A DNA stretch of 56,682 nt, counting the filler, from Platydemus manokwari (Eukaryota): assembly GCA_037951405.1 (NCBI GenBank). It is 5 parts of 5 records of this genome, joined end to end, with 100 filler letters (N's around TTAATTAATTAA, not from the genome) between each part and the next. Parts side by side here need not be neighbours in the genome. Positions count along the whole stretch, not along the records: positions 20,434 to 29,292 come from JBBMOY011338317.1; positions 29,393 to 39,831 come from JBBMOY011133438.1; positions 39,932 to 56,682 come from JBBMOY011146993.1; 2 more parts are not named here. The stretch is one strand, 5' to 3'. Below are positions 27,219 to 40,588 of this stretch, piece after piece (position 1 is the first letter of the stretch; the number at the start of each line of letters is the position of its first letter). Made by a program: the position numbers and the translations under genes. Under the pieces are notes generated by a model that searched no databases, had not been told where the DNA came from, and was given only the letters and a program-made list of their open reading frames with translations.

Positions 27219-28468
27219 ATGCAAAAAATTTTTAAAATTTTTAAAAACCCAAGAATACAGTTTAATAACATATTTCTGTTTCATATAAAGGCATTTTGTG
27301 TGATTGCAAAAGATTTTAACCCTAAAAATATTCTTGTTCTTAAAAAATTAACTAGATATGAATTTAGCAAGATTACGTATAAAAATCTATCAGAAAGTGA
27401 GCTGAAGAATCATGTAAGAGTTAAATATGATTATCGTTGTATTGTAAATTTTCTATTAATTAATATATTTTATTTTATTTAAAACTTGTATTTATGGGTT
27501 TAGCTTCAAAGTACTGGCTCCGATTATGAAGGTTTGCTTGTCAGACATAAAGCTCACTACCAAAAAATGAATAACCTTTTATCTAATCTTGAGTATGAAG
27601 TGTTTTATTTATATTAAACTTGAATGATGAAATTTTGTAATATTATAAGTGTTCTAATAATGAGAATAAATAATGAATTTTTATACAAATAGCTATTAAT
27701 GTTTCTCATTTCTAATGAATATCTTTCAAATCAATAATAATGTTACCAATACAAAATGATTTCAATAACAATATTAAATATATCATTTATATTCAACCAT
27801 TTTTGATGATCTTAATCGATATTTGATTGATTATTTCATGTCAGAGATCATAAGGTCAACATTAGAATTGTGGATCGATTCAGTTATAATCGTGAAGCAA
27901 TCGATTGGGCAGATCTCATTGTATCGGCTGGTGGTGATGGAACATTTCTATTAGGAGCCAGCCGTATCATTGATGATAAAGCTATCGTTGGCATCAATAC
28001 AGATCCGTTGCGATCAGAAGGGTATCTCTGTATACCCCGTCGATTCTCCAACGATTTAGGTTCGGCAGTGAAACACATGCTTGAAGGGAAATTCGAGTGA
28101 GTTGCTTTATCGATATCAGCTGTCCACATGTATGAGCTATGGGGGGATCATTTATGGCGTTCAGATTATTGGATCCATATATTGATTTTTAGAGATTTTC
28201 TGTGAATATCTGATGTGGTTTTAGATGGCTTTGGAGACAGCGCATCAGTGTAACAATGAGTGGCACAAGCCTTCATCATGTGGAACATCCAATTGAATTA
28301 CATGAATTACAAATCCAATTTCCCGAACATCGATTTCTGGAACATGTTCGTGAAGGAGAAGAAACGGCCTTGAGAACACCAGCCGCCAATCCAACATCGA
28401 ATCCTGTCATTCAGTTGCCATTTAAAGCTCTCAATGAAGTGTTTATCGGTGAGAGTCTCAGTGCCAGG

Positions 28469-28500
<32 letters not shown>

Positions 28501-29016
28501 AATGACAGAGCGTCTTATTATGAATTATCTGTTGACGAATCAAATATTCAAAAACAAAAATCCAGCGGTGTCACGGCATGTACCGGCACCGGCAGTAGCA
28601 GTTGGTCATTTCATATCAATCACATCACAGAAGATGCCGCCAAACATATTTTGGAATTGGCGCAACGTGATATCGTGCCATTCTGTAATTGTCCGACACA
28701 ATTATGTCAATTAGCGGATACCACGGTGATCAAGAACGTTTGCCATGACTACAATTCCAGTTTGTGTTTCAGCCCAGAAGAAGTGCGAATGGCATACACA
28801 ATCAGAGATCCAATTAAAAACAGTGAGTTCGATTATTTGTCTGGAGGTGTGGGGGAGTGATCGATATTGTGATGTCTGTTGACAATTAATATGTCGGCCT
28901 CCATGGTTACCGTATCGATTTTAAATCGGTCTCAACCAATCAGATCTGTTGTAATAATAATCATTTTTTTTTCCAGAGATCTTCCATGTTGCTCATCCAA
29001 GAGGATTCGCAAAAAA
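27219..29016 (+). CDS. NADK2: NAD kinase 2, mitochondrial (NADK2/C5orf33-like); 3' end lost in gap
   Basis: Exons 27219-27413, 27504-27592, 27845-28096, 28225-28467, 28509-28822, 28977-29016. Motifs: KLTRYEF, WADLIVSAGGDGTFL (GGDG), GINTDPLRSEGYLC, WLWRQRI, ALNEVFIGESLS (NE), KQKSSGVTACTGTGSSSW. The N-terminus is basic and lacks acidic residues, like a mitochondrial presequence. Confidence 0.93.
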
Positions 29017-29042
29017 GTAAGCCGTTATTGTATTTGTGACTG

Positions 29043-29292
29043 TTCGATTGGTTGCTGATATTGATTGGTTGGTTGGTTGGTGATATTGATTGATTGGTTG
29101 GTGATATTGATTGATTGGTTGGTGATATTGATTGATTGGTTTCTGATATTGATTGGTTGGTTGGTAATTTTGATTGGTTGGTGATATTGATTGATTGGTT
29201 GGTTGGTGATATTGATTGATTGGTTGGTGATATTGATTGATTGGTTGGTTGGTGATATTGATTGATTGGTTGGTGATATTGATTGATTGGTT
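29043..29292. repeat. Compound minisatellite (GATATTGATTGATTGGTTGGT-like units) in a NADK2 intron, running into the gap
   Basis: Tandem units directly visible. Confidence 0.9.
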
Positions 29293-29392
29293 NNNNNNNN
29301 NNNNNNNNNNNNNNNNNNNNNNNNNNNNNNNNNNNNTTAATTAATTAANNNNNNNNNNNNNNNNNNNNNNNNNNNNNNNNNNNNNNNNNNNN
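29293..29392. other. Assembly spacer N44-TTAATTAATTAA-N44
   Basis: Same spacer as 11302-11401. Confidence 0.97.
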
Positions 29393-30080
29393 TATGAGGT
29401 AAAGTTTGGTCATTTTATCTCTTCTGGGCATTTCATAGTGTAAAACTCCATGTTGTGTTATTGATGTTTTTGTTCTTATAATGGAATGTACCTTTCACCT
29501 CTTCATAGCTGACAAAACAATTTTATAATGGTAATTTTCTTTCCTAATTTAATAATAATATATGAATGCCAATTTCCTTCTGTGCTTCAGTTCTATGCTT
29601 CAGATCTTCTGGATCACAATTTCAGTTGGAAATTTTGACAAAGTTTAGTTAGATAAGGTGATGGCCTTTTCATTAAGTTATTTGTTCTCAGTGTATTTAA
29701 ACTACTTGGATATTTAATAACATTTAAGTTGGGGAAACAATGTAATAATTACTTGACATTATTAATATAAGTTAATTAATCAATCAATTTCGTATTTTAT
29801 ACATTAATAATTGAAAGAGTCGAAATTTTTTACTGTTATGTCATTTATAGTTCAGTGTTGCATTTCTTTCTACTCATTAATGTGTGGCATGATAACTTGA
29901 TTCGAGCATTTCATTATCCAATCAATGATGTTTCGAAGCCACGACTGTTTCAGTTGTCTGTTGTGATTGCATTTAGGTTTTAAATCAGCATATTTCTCAA
30001 TTAATTTCTCATTAAATTAATTATATTTACAGAAAAATAATACAATAATATCATAAAAATAAATATAAAATAATATAGAA

Positions 30081-30384
30081 CAGCGGTTTTCAAAGAGTAT
30101 TCCGCGGAACTTTAGAGTTCAGCCAGTACACTTCAGGTGTTCTGCAATTTCTAAATTTCTAAATTAGAACAACAAAAAATAAACAACATGTTAAATTCAA
30201 TTTCGAAAATCTATTTTATTATTATTATTATTTCATTATTATTTGTATTATTTTATTATTAGTTATTGTTTAAATATACTAAATTTAGCAAAATTAAACT
30301 CGTTACACTATTTCACAGGGGTTCCACGAGCCAGAGGAGTGTTTTCGTGGGGTCCCTCTCCAGCAAAAAGATTGAAAACCACTG
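30081..30384. mobile_element. hAT (Charlie-like) MITE, 304 bp
   Basis: TIRs CAGCGGTTTTCAA / TTGAAAACCACTG and an 8-bp TSD ATATAGAA / ATATAGAC. Confidence 0.88.
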
Positions 30385-32167
30385 ATATAGACGTTCTAAA
30401 TTGTTATAATAATTTTATATTTTAGTAATTTATAATTATTTATTATTAATGATTATCATTAATTCGATTCTTATTATTTTATTTTTAAAAATTATTATTT
30501 AATTTATATATTTTATGATTTTTAATTAATAATTTCTTTAATTACAAATCAATGATTAATAAATAGAAAATTAGTTTGTTGTGTTAATGATTATTGAAAT
30601 TCATTTATTATTGAGTTATTGGATTGATTAAAGAGTTTGTTTATTATATCAACGTTAAATTATCATTCTAAAGTATCTATTAATAAGCTATCGATTTGGT
30701 TAACTCAAACAAGTACAATTCCTGCATACACAACTGCAGAGGAGATCGTTTAAGACCAAGCGACATAATAGCACAATATTCATTTGATCATCAAGAATTT
30801 GTTAGATTCACCAATATATCGGCAATGAATGGGTTATCTGAATGAGTTACCTGAATTGATTTGATATTTTCAACTCAAAACAAAACAACAATTCAAATTT
30901 GGAATCATTTCTTTCTGTCATTAACAATCAAATAACCCAGATTTCATGTTATTGGACACGAGCTAAGAATTGGTTCTTGTTTTGAATCGATTGATTTTCT
31001 AACCGACTTTTGTGTCTTGAATGTTAGGCTTGGCAAATACAATTTCATTCGCATCAATAATTATACATGCGAAACATTAATTATTATTTAATAAAAATTA
31101 TTAGATTTGCAGAAAGAAAATCAAATCAAAATAAATAATTTATTGATTTTAACTTAAAATTATTATGATAAAAAAATTAATAATAACAGACAATTTATTA
31201 TTTTTAGAAATCGGTTAAAAAAATTACTGCTTAATAACAATTTAAAGATGAAATGGCTATCAAAAAATCGATTTAATTTTCTGTCAGAAATGTTTCGATC
31301 GATAATATTTCAGAATTAATAAAATTATCATCTACTCAGTTTTAATGCATCATCGATACTTCATTGATTTGATTAATTCGCATCATTGCCTCCGTTTTTT
31401 TTATATATTGTGATTTGATATTTTGAATTTTTCCACGGAAAAAAATTATCATTATCATTCTTGGATTGATTTTAAAAATTTATTTGTAAATAATTAAATT
31501 CCCCATTATCGATTTTGTAAATGTAATAATATGTGCTCAATTCGATACCAATAATAGACTCGTAGAGAATGATATAGAATCGATTTTTCTCTGAAAATCA
31601 CAATTCAATTCCGTTTTCTGTGAATTCTAAAGTCGACATGAAATCGAGAACATGTCACATAAATATGTTTGGTAAAATTGTTTTCTAAACTATCAGTTTG
31701 TTGTATTCTTCTCTCGACAAGATAAATTTGTATTCTCTAAATTTAGATGGTTTGTTTTGTTTTTCTTTTGTTTATATTTTCGTTATTTACTTGATAGTTT
31801 CGATTTATTTTGCAGCTGCCTTGTTTCAATATTTATTTGGATTCTTAATGTTTATTTTTTAAGTTTTTTTTTAATTATGATTTTTATTATTTGTTTTACG
31901 CCTTTAATATCAATATCATTGAAATAATGATAAGAATCATTATTATATTAGCAATATTATAGTATTGTTTTCATTAATTTTTTATCTATTTTCTGAAATC
32001 TTAAAAGTGACGCTACAATGATCTATTTGTGTTGTAATTGATCACTTTTCACTTCATAAATTGTATGGCTCTACATCAAATTGACAATAATTCAATTTAC
32101 TACTGCTTAAATTAGTCAGCGACCATTTATCTATTTCTGTTTAACTTTCTATTTTTCTTTTCATCAG

Positions 32168-32426
32168 CAACTATATTTTTGAATTAAGAATCGGAGTATC
32201 ATCAATTGAGTGGCTTAATTTGGAAGTCGATGCCGTCATAGATTGCATATCAAATCCCATGATTGATGTACGGTCGGAAAAGAATGTTTGGCATGCTATG
32301 ATGCGATGGTTGAACCATGATACGGAAACACGAATAATATATCTACCGACTCTCATTCGACAAATTAAATTACACCAGCTAGATTCCTCATTTCTGGACA
32401 ATGTTCTGAAGCTATCAATTATCCAG
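32168..32426 (+). pseudogene. BTB-BACK-Kelch (KLHL-like) BACK-domain exon, probably part of a decayed gene
   Basis: Open exon cag|...|gtgaat encoding EWLNLEVDAVIDCISNPMIDVRSEKNVWHAMMRWLNHDTETRIIYLPTLIRQIKLHQL, which fits the BACK consensus. A degenerate Kelch-like stretch (LEHPR...FVIHDDTLYV) lies at ~32860-32930. No intact flanking exons were recognised. Confidence 0.65.
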
Positions 32427-35400
32427 GTGAATTTCATTAATGATGCGAAATTTTTTTGTGACCAATTACCGAACAAACGTAATTAAGAATTATTTTTCAT
32501 TTTTTATTCATCGATTGCATCAGATCGAATCAGAGGGATTAAAATATTTCTCTAACCAAGCCAATTACGATTGACAATTAATGCCATGGTAATGCAGTAC
32601 TAAATGAATCAATATTCTTCTAAAAATCAATGACGTGAAATTGTTAATTATATTTTCAATGTTATTTTCGACCAATATATGTGTGTTTCCATGGATACCG
32701 TGCTAATTAATTCTATGGGATCTATCTATTAGATTGAAAAAATATTTACATTCTATTTACAAACAATTTCGAATACAAACACAATTATATGATTTAGTGA
32801 TTTGAAATCTGTTTTAATCTTGATTGTCACTCTGTTCTGTGGTTATTATCACCGCAGATTCACAATTGGAACATCCGCGTATAATAGCAACTGATTCATA
32901 TTTTGTGATTCATGACGACACTTTGTATGTCAAATCATTCTTTGGAACGGTTTTTATGTCTACTCAACGATGCAAAGCAACAAAATCATAATAATGAAAT
33001 GTTATCGTACTGATATTAACATGGAAATTCAACAGAAATTTGGTGCTTGTGAATAGATTCCAGTTTGTCAATGATATGTTTCACTTCTTACGTGGGTGTG
33101 GTTGATTGAAAGTTTCACAAGTTGGTCATTGAAATTGTTTTGCAACTTTTATGTGAAGGTTTTGGTGCGCGTTGTTTCGGAACATATTTACTGCTTTATA
33201 AAGAACCTACCATTCACATTTATTTTTTAAAATTCTAATACGGACTCAATATCGTAAATATCAATTGTAAATAAGTTGATGAGATACGAAATTAATGGTC
33301 TAAACGTCTTTATATTCTTCTTGGGAGAAATATTCTGATCGGTAACCATAGTGCAATTGCAATGAGAGTTAACGAGGGTAGAAAAAGATTTCACTTTTAT
33401 TGATTTATAAATAAATGTATTGATTAAAAATATGATTCAATACCTGGTAATTAAAACGTACGATGATATTATTGGGGTCAAAAGAATTGAAGATTGCAAA
33501 AATTTTATTTCCATCAATTCGTGTTAATCACCACGCACAACAACAACTCCAAAATTCATCAAAAATATCCCACAAATAAAATATAAACCATGTCATATTA
33601 GTCGGTTTCCAACTGGTAATTGGCTAGCTTTACATAAATATTTATACTTGAAATTTATGTGTTATTTTTGTATCGCATTTTGATTTGATCTTTTATTTCT
33701 TAAGTTTCATTTGGATTTATTGATTTTCTGTGATTAGGATTGGTTGGCTTTTTGAACTTTCGTTTAAGTTTTTTCTGATTGGGTGGTTACTATCTCCATA
33801 TAGTTGTGTAGGTATGCATGTGCTTAAAGTGCCGAAATAAGGGCTTCAGATTGCAAAATCATTTTTCGTGCGATTTTATCTTTACTCAAGAATATTGAAA
33901 GATTAATCAAATAACTTCATTCCCGGAAGGTCATTCTTCTACCAAGTTTTGATCAATTTATTTAATATAAGGAATGAGTTTGTCGCAAATCTCTTTACAT
34001 TTCATTACATTCAAGTTGTATAATAATGCAATACATTGATTTAGGTTTAAATCGATTGTCAGTGTAAAAATATCAGAGCTTTGGTAACTTTTTTCAATAG
34101 GTTTACCTTAAAGAATTTACAGATTTTGTCCATAATAATATGTTTTCGATGTATCAGTCACCAAGGCTTCACGCACCATCATCATTTAATCCTTAATTCA
34201 CACAAACATCATAACCAATCAAATTCTACTAATTAATTGTGCAAGCACCTTTTATTTCCAAAAGTTCTAAACTTTAATTGATTGATTTAAATACGGTTTA
34301 ATTTTAAAAAATATCGATATTTATATCAAACTATTTCTCATTCAAATTCAAGAGAAATTATATCTTGTGTAAATATAATTTCTGCTTTATTTTGATAGTG
34401 CGTTATTTATAAAATCAAACATTAGTAATGGATTAAATTTTCTGTGACTCACAGTGTTAATTTTTATGAAATCTATAATATTTATACATGTTTTGAAGTT
34501 ATAGAAATAGTTTAAAGAGATTGTTAGTATCTATATACTAAATATGTTTAAATTTTTTTTATTTATTTGTTGTTGCTGCCGCTTATTTTATCAAATACAA
34601 TTTGAAAACGATTTCAGTAGTTCAACCCACAAAATATATTAAGTCAAATTATTGAAATAAATTAAATTGATTATTCATATTTTCGATTATACTCGTATTT
34701 TCGATTAAAATTATCATTCCAATATTGATTGATTTGAAATAATCCATAAATATATTAAAATACGTCAAAGCACTTTTCTTACGTGTCTACAAGCTGTTCT
34801 TAGCGAACTCCCAGCCTAGCCTCATTTTATAAAGATTTTCACTTTCAAATTTTATTTTGAAATTTTATTGTCCAATATTTTCATTAATACAAAGATAAAT
34901 TCTCCTCTTAACAACCCGAAAACATACATCTCTAAACAGCCTTACATCAAGGTCATGCAAAGTGTGAACAAATTTTTTTCGAGTTTATTCTACACCTGAG
35001 GATCACTCTGATACACCACTTGGTTTACACTACCTCCACATATATCGATTTGTTGTTCAATAATTGATATTGAATACCATTTTATGTTGTGACACTTTTG
35101 AGTTCATTTTCAATGTGTGTTTTATAAAATTGTAGCGGCTTACAATAAATAAAAATTCTACAATTTATTTAACATAAATATGGATCTTCACGAGGCGTTG
35201 GGAAAATCCCTCACCTCGACTTTAATCATTGTATGTTGATTGGTTTTGTATAGGTTTTTTTTCCGATTGGAGTCAGCGACAAAGTTGGCTGGACTCAGTT
35301 TTTACACTTCAACTTAAAACTCAAATTTACACAAATAAAAATAATTATATATAATTTTATCAAATTATAAAAATATCTGAAAACATATTGAAATAAATTT

Positions 35401-38400
35401 TCGAAAATTATCTTGAAAAAAATTCAGAGAAAATTCAGAGTAGACTTGAAATAAAATTTCTGATGCACGTTTTGAAATAATTATTCTCATCGAACACGTG
35501 CGAGATGAATGTAAAAAGTAGAAACTACTTAAAATTGTATTTTTTTTTCATTTCTAAATTATATTCGTTATTTCAGCAAAAAGAATTGCTTCTGTTTATT
35601 CTAATCTGGGATTCTATTGATTTCGTCAAAGTGTACAGTTGTTGCATTGGGATTATCTCGAATTGAAAGTGGTCATTGAGACATATCCGTAGGAAGCTTT
35701 CGCGATTTATGTGTCTAACATTTCTCTAGAATTTAAAGAATAGAGTAATCAACTTCTTTTCTTTTCATCGTAAAGATTTCTCGTTTTTGTATTTACGTTG
35801 TATCGACAAATTTGTTGTTGACTTAAGCAGACAATTTTCCATGTTGCACTTATGAAATTTCTGATTGGTTGAATAGGGTTAATATTTTCTCTTAGCCTTA
35901 TTTCTTCATCTCGGCATCAGTGCTTACTTGTTTCGCAAATGATATTATCATGATTTCAATTTTTGTGGTTCTGGATTCGATCTTTTGTGTTAACCAGAAT
36001 TATTTTTACTACATTGACTTGTTCTGGCTACGACTTGAAGCAACATGTTTTACTGTTAAATAAATATGATTAATCTTTAAAAAATTTCCAGTTTAAATTT
36101 ACTTCAAATATGTTTCATGATTTTTATTCTGTTATAATAAAATTTCAGTTATATTATTATATCACTCGAATCTTTTCTGAATGTTAAATTGGTTCGTCGT
36201 TATTAATCATCTTGTTTGTTTATATATCATTACATTACAAATACAATCAAGGATTTACAATATAAAAATAACCATGACTATGCATGTTGCAGTGTTTTGG
36301 CTGATAAATATCAAATTGTAATTGGTTTAGAGTTAAATAGATCAATTGGACATTTGAATTCAGGAATATGACAATCTACGGGAATCATTAATATTTTTTT
36401 TCTAAATATTCTTGAATTTTCCCTTAATTTTTTTTCCAAGGAAGTCATAACCTCTTACTCTATGTTTGATTAAAATACCCGTATTGGAATGTTTAACGTA
36501 GAAGGCAGTCCTTGCGTATGTGTCAAAATAAATAAAGAAATAATGATAATAATACATGTGAGGTTTATTTAAAAATACGATAAATTATTAAAAATTGAGC
36601 CAAAAGATATTTTTTAAAAATTATATCAAAAATTAAAATTATATATTAAAAATTATAAAAGGATTTTTGTTTGTAAAATACTGTTGAACTCTCGGTTTTA
36701 AAATTATTAAACATAAAATTTAAATCTTTTAAAAACAGATGTTATATAAAAATAAGGCATTTTATATTTGAATTAAAAATGAAGACAAATCAGATGGAAA
36801 TAAATTTAAATTTATTATTTGAAATTTTTTTGAAAGTTAATGTATTGACGAATAGATTTTTTGTTCTGTTGTAAACATGACTTTTGATTTGAATATCAAG
36901 AATGAAAACATTTTGGTAACTAACAATACATAATAATTAGAGAAATATAATTTATTTTATTTAAGCATAATGTCGAAAACAATAATTTTGTAATAATTAC
37001 AACAGCTTTAAGTTTAATAATCTTAATCGATAAAGATAAATATATTTATATTCGGATTAGTTTTATCCAATAAATTGCAAGATTAATTGAAGAAAATCAA
37101 TTAAACATCATGATTGGTTTCAAATTTTAACTCAGTCCAGGCAGGCAATTGAAGAAACCATAAAGCCGAAATATTGGCGATCTCAAATAAAATTTTAATT
37201 TAAATTTTTCTTCTATGTTGATTTAATTTTTAAATTTTTCTGCCATATTGATTTAAGTTTTTAAATATTTTTCATCAAATTTATCAATGCAATTTTAAGT
37301 AAAGTTCTAAAATAATATATTATAATTTACACAGCATACACAGGATTTATTACTTGGTTTTAATATTGGGTTGGATTTTTACATTATTTTCATTCCATTC
37401 TCACCTGGTGTACTTTTCGAAATTAATGTCATCTTTATTCTTTAAAATCTTAATCATAATAGACAATTCAAGGTGTCTGTTAGTTGATTATCAAATTAAA
37501 TGGGATTATTTGTTATTTTGTCATTGCATATAATTCTGATATGTCATGGCAGTGAAAACAATCACGATAATGTCCATCTGATCTGATACCCATCGTCCAT
37601 CATTGTTTGGCAAAATTGCTAAAATTGTTTACAAATCACATTGCAATTTGTTGAAGTCATATTTCCAGCTCAACAACAACTAAAATCGACAAAAATATAT
37701 CAATTAATTTCTTGCTCAAACTCAACGGGAAAATTTCTTGTTTATTAAACATAATAATAAACATTAATTAAGTTCTTGTTTGATGCTCTTCACAAAATTC
37801 AAGTAATTATTTTGAAATGAGATTTCCTTTGTTGTTCGGATGGCTTGAGGAGTTCAAAATGTTTCTTTTAATTTAGTTTTCTGAAAGGTAATTGTTGTGT
37901 TTTGGAAATGTGTGTATGTGATTGCGTAACGTCAGAATTTATGATATTCATTATAATTTATTCATTATATTAAAACAAGAAGAATAATATTTATTATTGA
38001 TTTTTTATTAATTTTTTAATTATTATTTATTTTAATTTTATTATAAATAGAAAAAATAAAAATAATTAATTAAAATTTTAAAAATAGCTCATAAAATTAT
38101 AGAATAAAAGAAATCTAAAATTAAATTGAAAATATGTTTGGTCTCATGAATAGATTTTGTTATGAAAACAACATAATAGATCATTGGAAAAGGAAATATT
38201 ACCCCAACCATTGATTTTATAATATTAATAATTTCTTTAATTGTTTATTGACTTTTAGTTGGTATTTCCTCTGATTCCGTCATTGATAAGATTGATCATT
38301 TCAAGAATCTATTAATATTATTGATTTTGGGTCAGACTGCAATATTCTTTCCAATGAAATAGAATCATTGATATATTTTAATATATGTCTGTTATGGTTT

Positions 38401-38621
38401 AATAAAATAATAAATCAAATCCCCATTATTATTATTTGTTTAAATAAAGTATAAATTATTCCATAATATCAAATAATAATTCTCCACTTTAAAAAAAATA
38501 ACAAAAATTTCGTTTTTATCAGTAAGAAAATATCTGAAGATCAAAGCTAAAATTTTCTAAGGTAGATCAAGACTGGGAGGTTCAAGATTTAAATTTAAAT
38601 AAATCAATTAGAGTTGGTTAT

Positions 38622-39394
38622 ATGATTTAGCCTGAAAGATGAAGCAAAGCAATGTGACATAAATTTCTTCGTTGCAACTTTAACACGAAACAACTTTTCG
38701 GTTACTGAAATCCATAACTTTCTTGTCGAAAGTTGGGGAGCAGAGAACGTCGTCAGCCTTCGGAGGGTACAGCAGATTACCAAAGAGTTTTCATGTGAAC
38801 AGTGAACACTTTTTGAGCGAAAAGAATGTTCAGAAACACCAAGAACGACCACTGCAGAAGAGAATGTCATTATTATGTGTAAAATAATTGAAGAAGAATG
38901 CAACTTAAGCTGTCCAACAATTTCAAGAGTCAATGACATTAAAGAAACGAGTGTTCGCCGTATATTGAAACAAAAACGTGGAAAGAAGTCACTTTGCATC
39001 AGATGGATTCATCATATTCTGACCGTTAATAAGAAGAGAATCAGAGTCACTTGCTGTCAAGAAATGCTGAATGTTTATTCGGCAAGAAGGTCTAAGGAGA
39101 AAATCATTGCAATCAATAAAAAATAGATTCACCTTCAAGACGTACCCCCAAAAGAATGCAACCGTGTTTGGGTAGATGGCACATGTGATCGTCCAACTAT
39201 TGCTAGGCGGACAATATCTGATCTCAAAGTTCTGATTATTGTTGCCAGCAACTATACAAAATCACTCACGTATTTTAAAATTCTTCACGATGGTGGATCC
39301 ATCAACGTTAAGAGATATCTACAATTCCTGCAAATATGATTTTAAAATTTCAATCAAAACCACCTGTTTTGGAAATGGTCATTTATCATGACAA
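38622..39394 (+). mobile_element. Mariner (DD34D-type) transposase relic, 3'-truncated
   Basis: HTH region (TEIHNFLVESWGAENVVSLRRVQQITKEF), RWIHHIL (WVPHEL motif), decayed DEKW (INKK*I) and HDN just before the truncation. Contains in-frame stops. Confidence 0.85.
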
Positions 39395-39831
39395 TTTGTT
39401 TAAATAAAGTATAAATCATTCTATAATATCAATAAATAATTATCTACTTAAAATAATTTTATAATCAATATATTGATAAATATATTGATAATCAAATTTT
39501 GAACGAATGATGAAAAATAATGAAATCAACTGAACTTAAATAATTGATATCGGTTTTTCTTTGCCATTTAACGAAATAGTATTTGGAAATTGAATTCTGT
39601 CTAGTCTCTCCTACTATTTCATAACCAAATGACAATCTGTCGACAATCAGAAGATCATTCGACAGTTATTGCAATCGAATTTCGATAAACAATGAAGCCG
39701 GTTGTTATTAAATTCCATTTCAAATCGATTTCATATTGAATTTTTTATCAAACCACACTTTGACAAATATTGCTGATTGGAAATATTTATTTCGCTCATT
39801 TTCAAATCGACATCATCGTTCGATATACATG

Positions 39832-39931
39832 NNNNNNNNNNNNNNNNNNNNNNNNNNNNNNNNNNNNNNNNNNNNTTAATTAATTAANNNNNNNNNNNNN
39901 NNNNNNNNNNNNNNNNNNNNNNNNNNNNNNN
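39832..39931. other. Assembly spacer N44-TTAATTAATTAA-N44
   Basis: Same spacer as 11302-11401. Confidence 0.97.
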
Positions 39932-40137
39932 CGATCTCATGCACATTTATTAAAGTTGCCACTGTCGACCAACAACTTAAAATTATTTTAATCAATGTCA
40001 TCATTCACAAAATATAAATATTAATTTTTTTAAAGTGCATGACATTATTTTTGAAAGCAAATGTAATCATAACTATAAGAAAAATGATGATGATAACATT
40101 AATAATTCTTAAGTTTAAATATTAATATCTAATTCAG

Positions 40138-40287
40138 AACAAGCATGAATGGGGTTTGAAGATGATGATAAATATAGCGAAATCTGGAAAGTTTTCATCC
40201 GACAGAACAATATCTGAATATGCTAAAGATATATGGGGAATTGAACCAACAAATCTTCCGCTACCAGCACCATTTAGTGATGTGTAG
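40138..40287 (+). CDS. PYG: Glycogen phosphorylase, terminal exon
   Basis: ttcag|[68 protein letters not shown] is the diagnostic phosphorylase C-terminus. AATAAA at 40384 and 40417. Upstream exons lie beyond the gap. Confidence 0.93.
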   Translation, partial: NKHEWGLKMMINIAKSGKFSSDRTISEYAKDIWGIEPTNLPLPAPFSDV

Positions 40288-40588
40288 TTTATAAATTTTT
40301 TCATTTCATATTGAAAACTTCTAATAATTTATTTTTGCCCATGTTCTTTGTTGAAGCTTGTTTAGTTTTCCAGAGTTTTGGAAAATAAAAACAATATTTC
40401 GTTATGGAAATTATTAAATAAAATAACAATTCGAAAAGTCAATTCAATTTATTTTAAACAGAATCACTAAACGTCTTTAAAATGTTAATTACATGCAGAA
40501 TAAATTAAGAAATCCTAAATTTTTTCTCCTTGAATTTCTAAAAGCAGAAAATTAATTTTGAAATTATACTAAAATAACTTTACTTCAA

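Noticed and set aside
30243-30425. 60-aa ORF
   Set aside because: Spans the end of the hAT MITE; spurious.
30700-31070. Possible BTB-like text on the minus strand (IIIDANEIVFAK)
   Set aside because: Wrong strand relative to the BACK exon, multiple stops and a weak match.
35780-36030. Kinase-like fragments on the minus strand (VVKII...HDNII; HKCNMENCLL)
   Set aside because: Catalytic motifs are absent and several frameshifts are needed; cannot be distinguished from chance.
38604-38999. 131-aa minus-strand ORF
   Set aside because: Antisense shadow of the mariner transposase.
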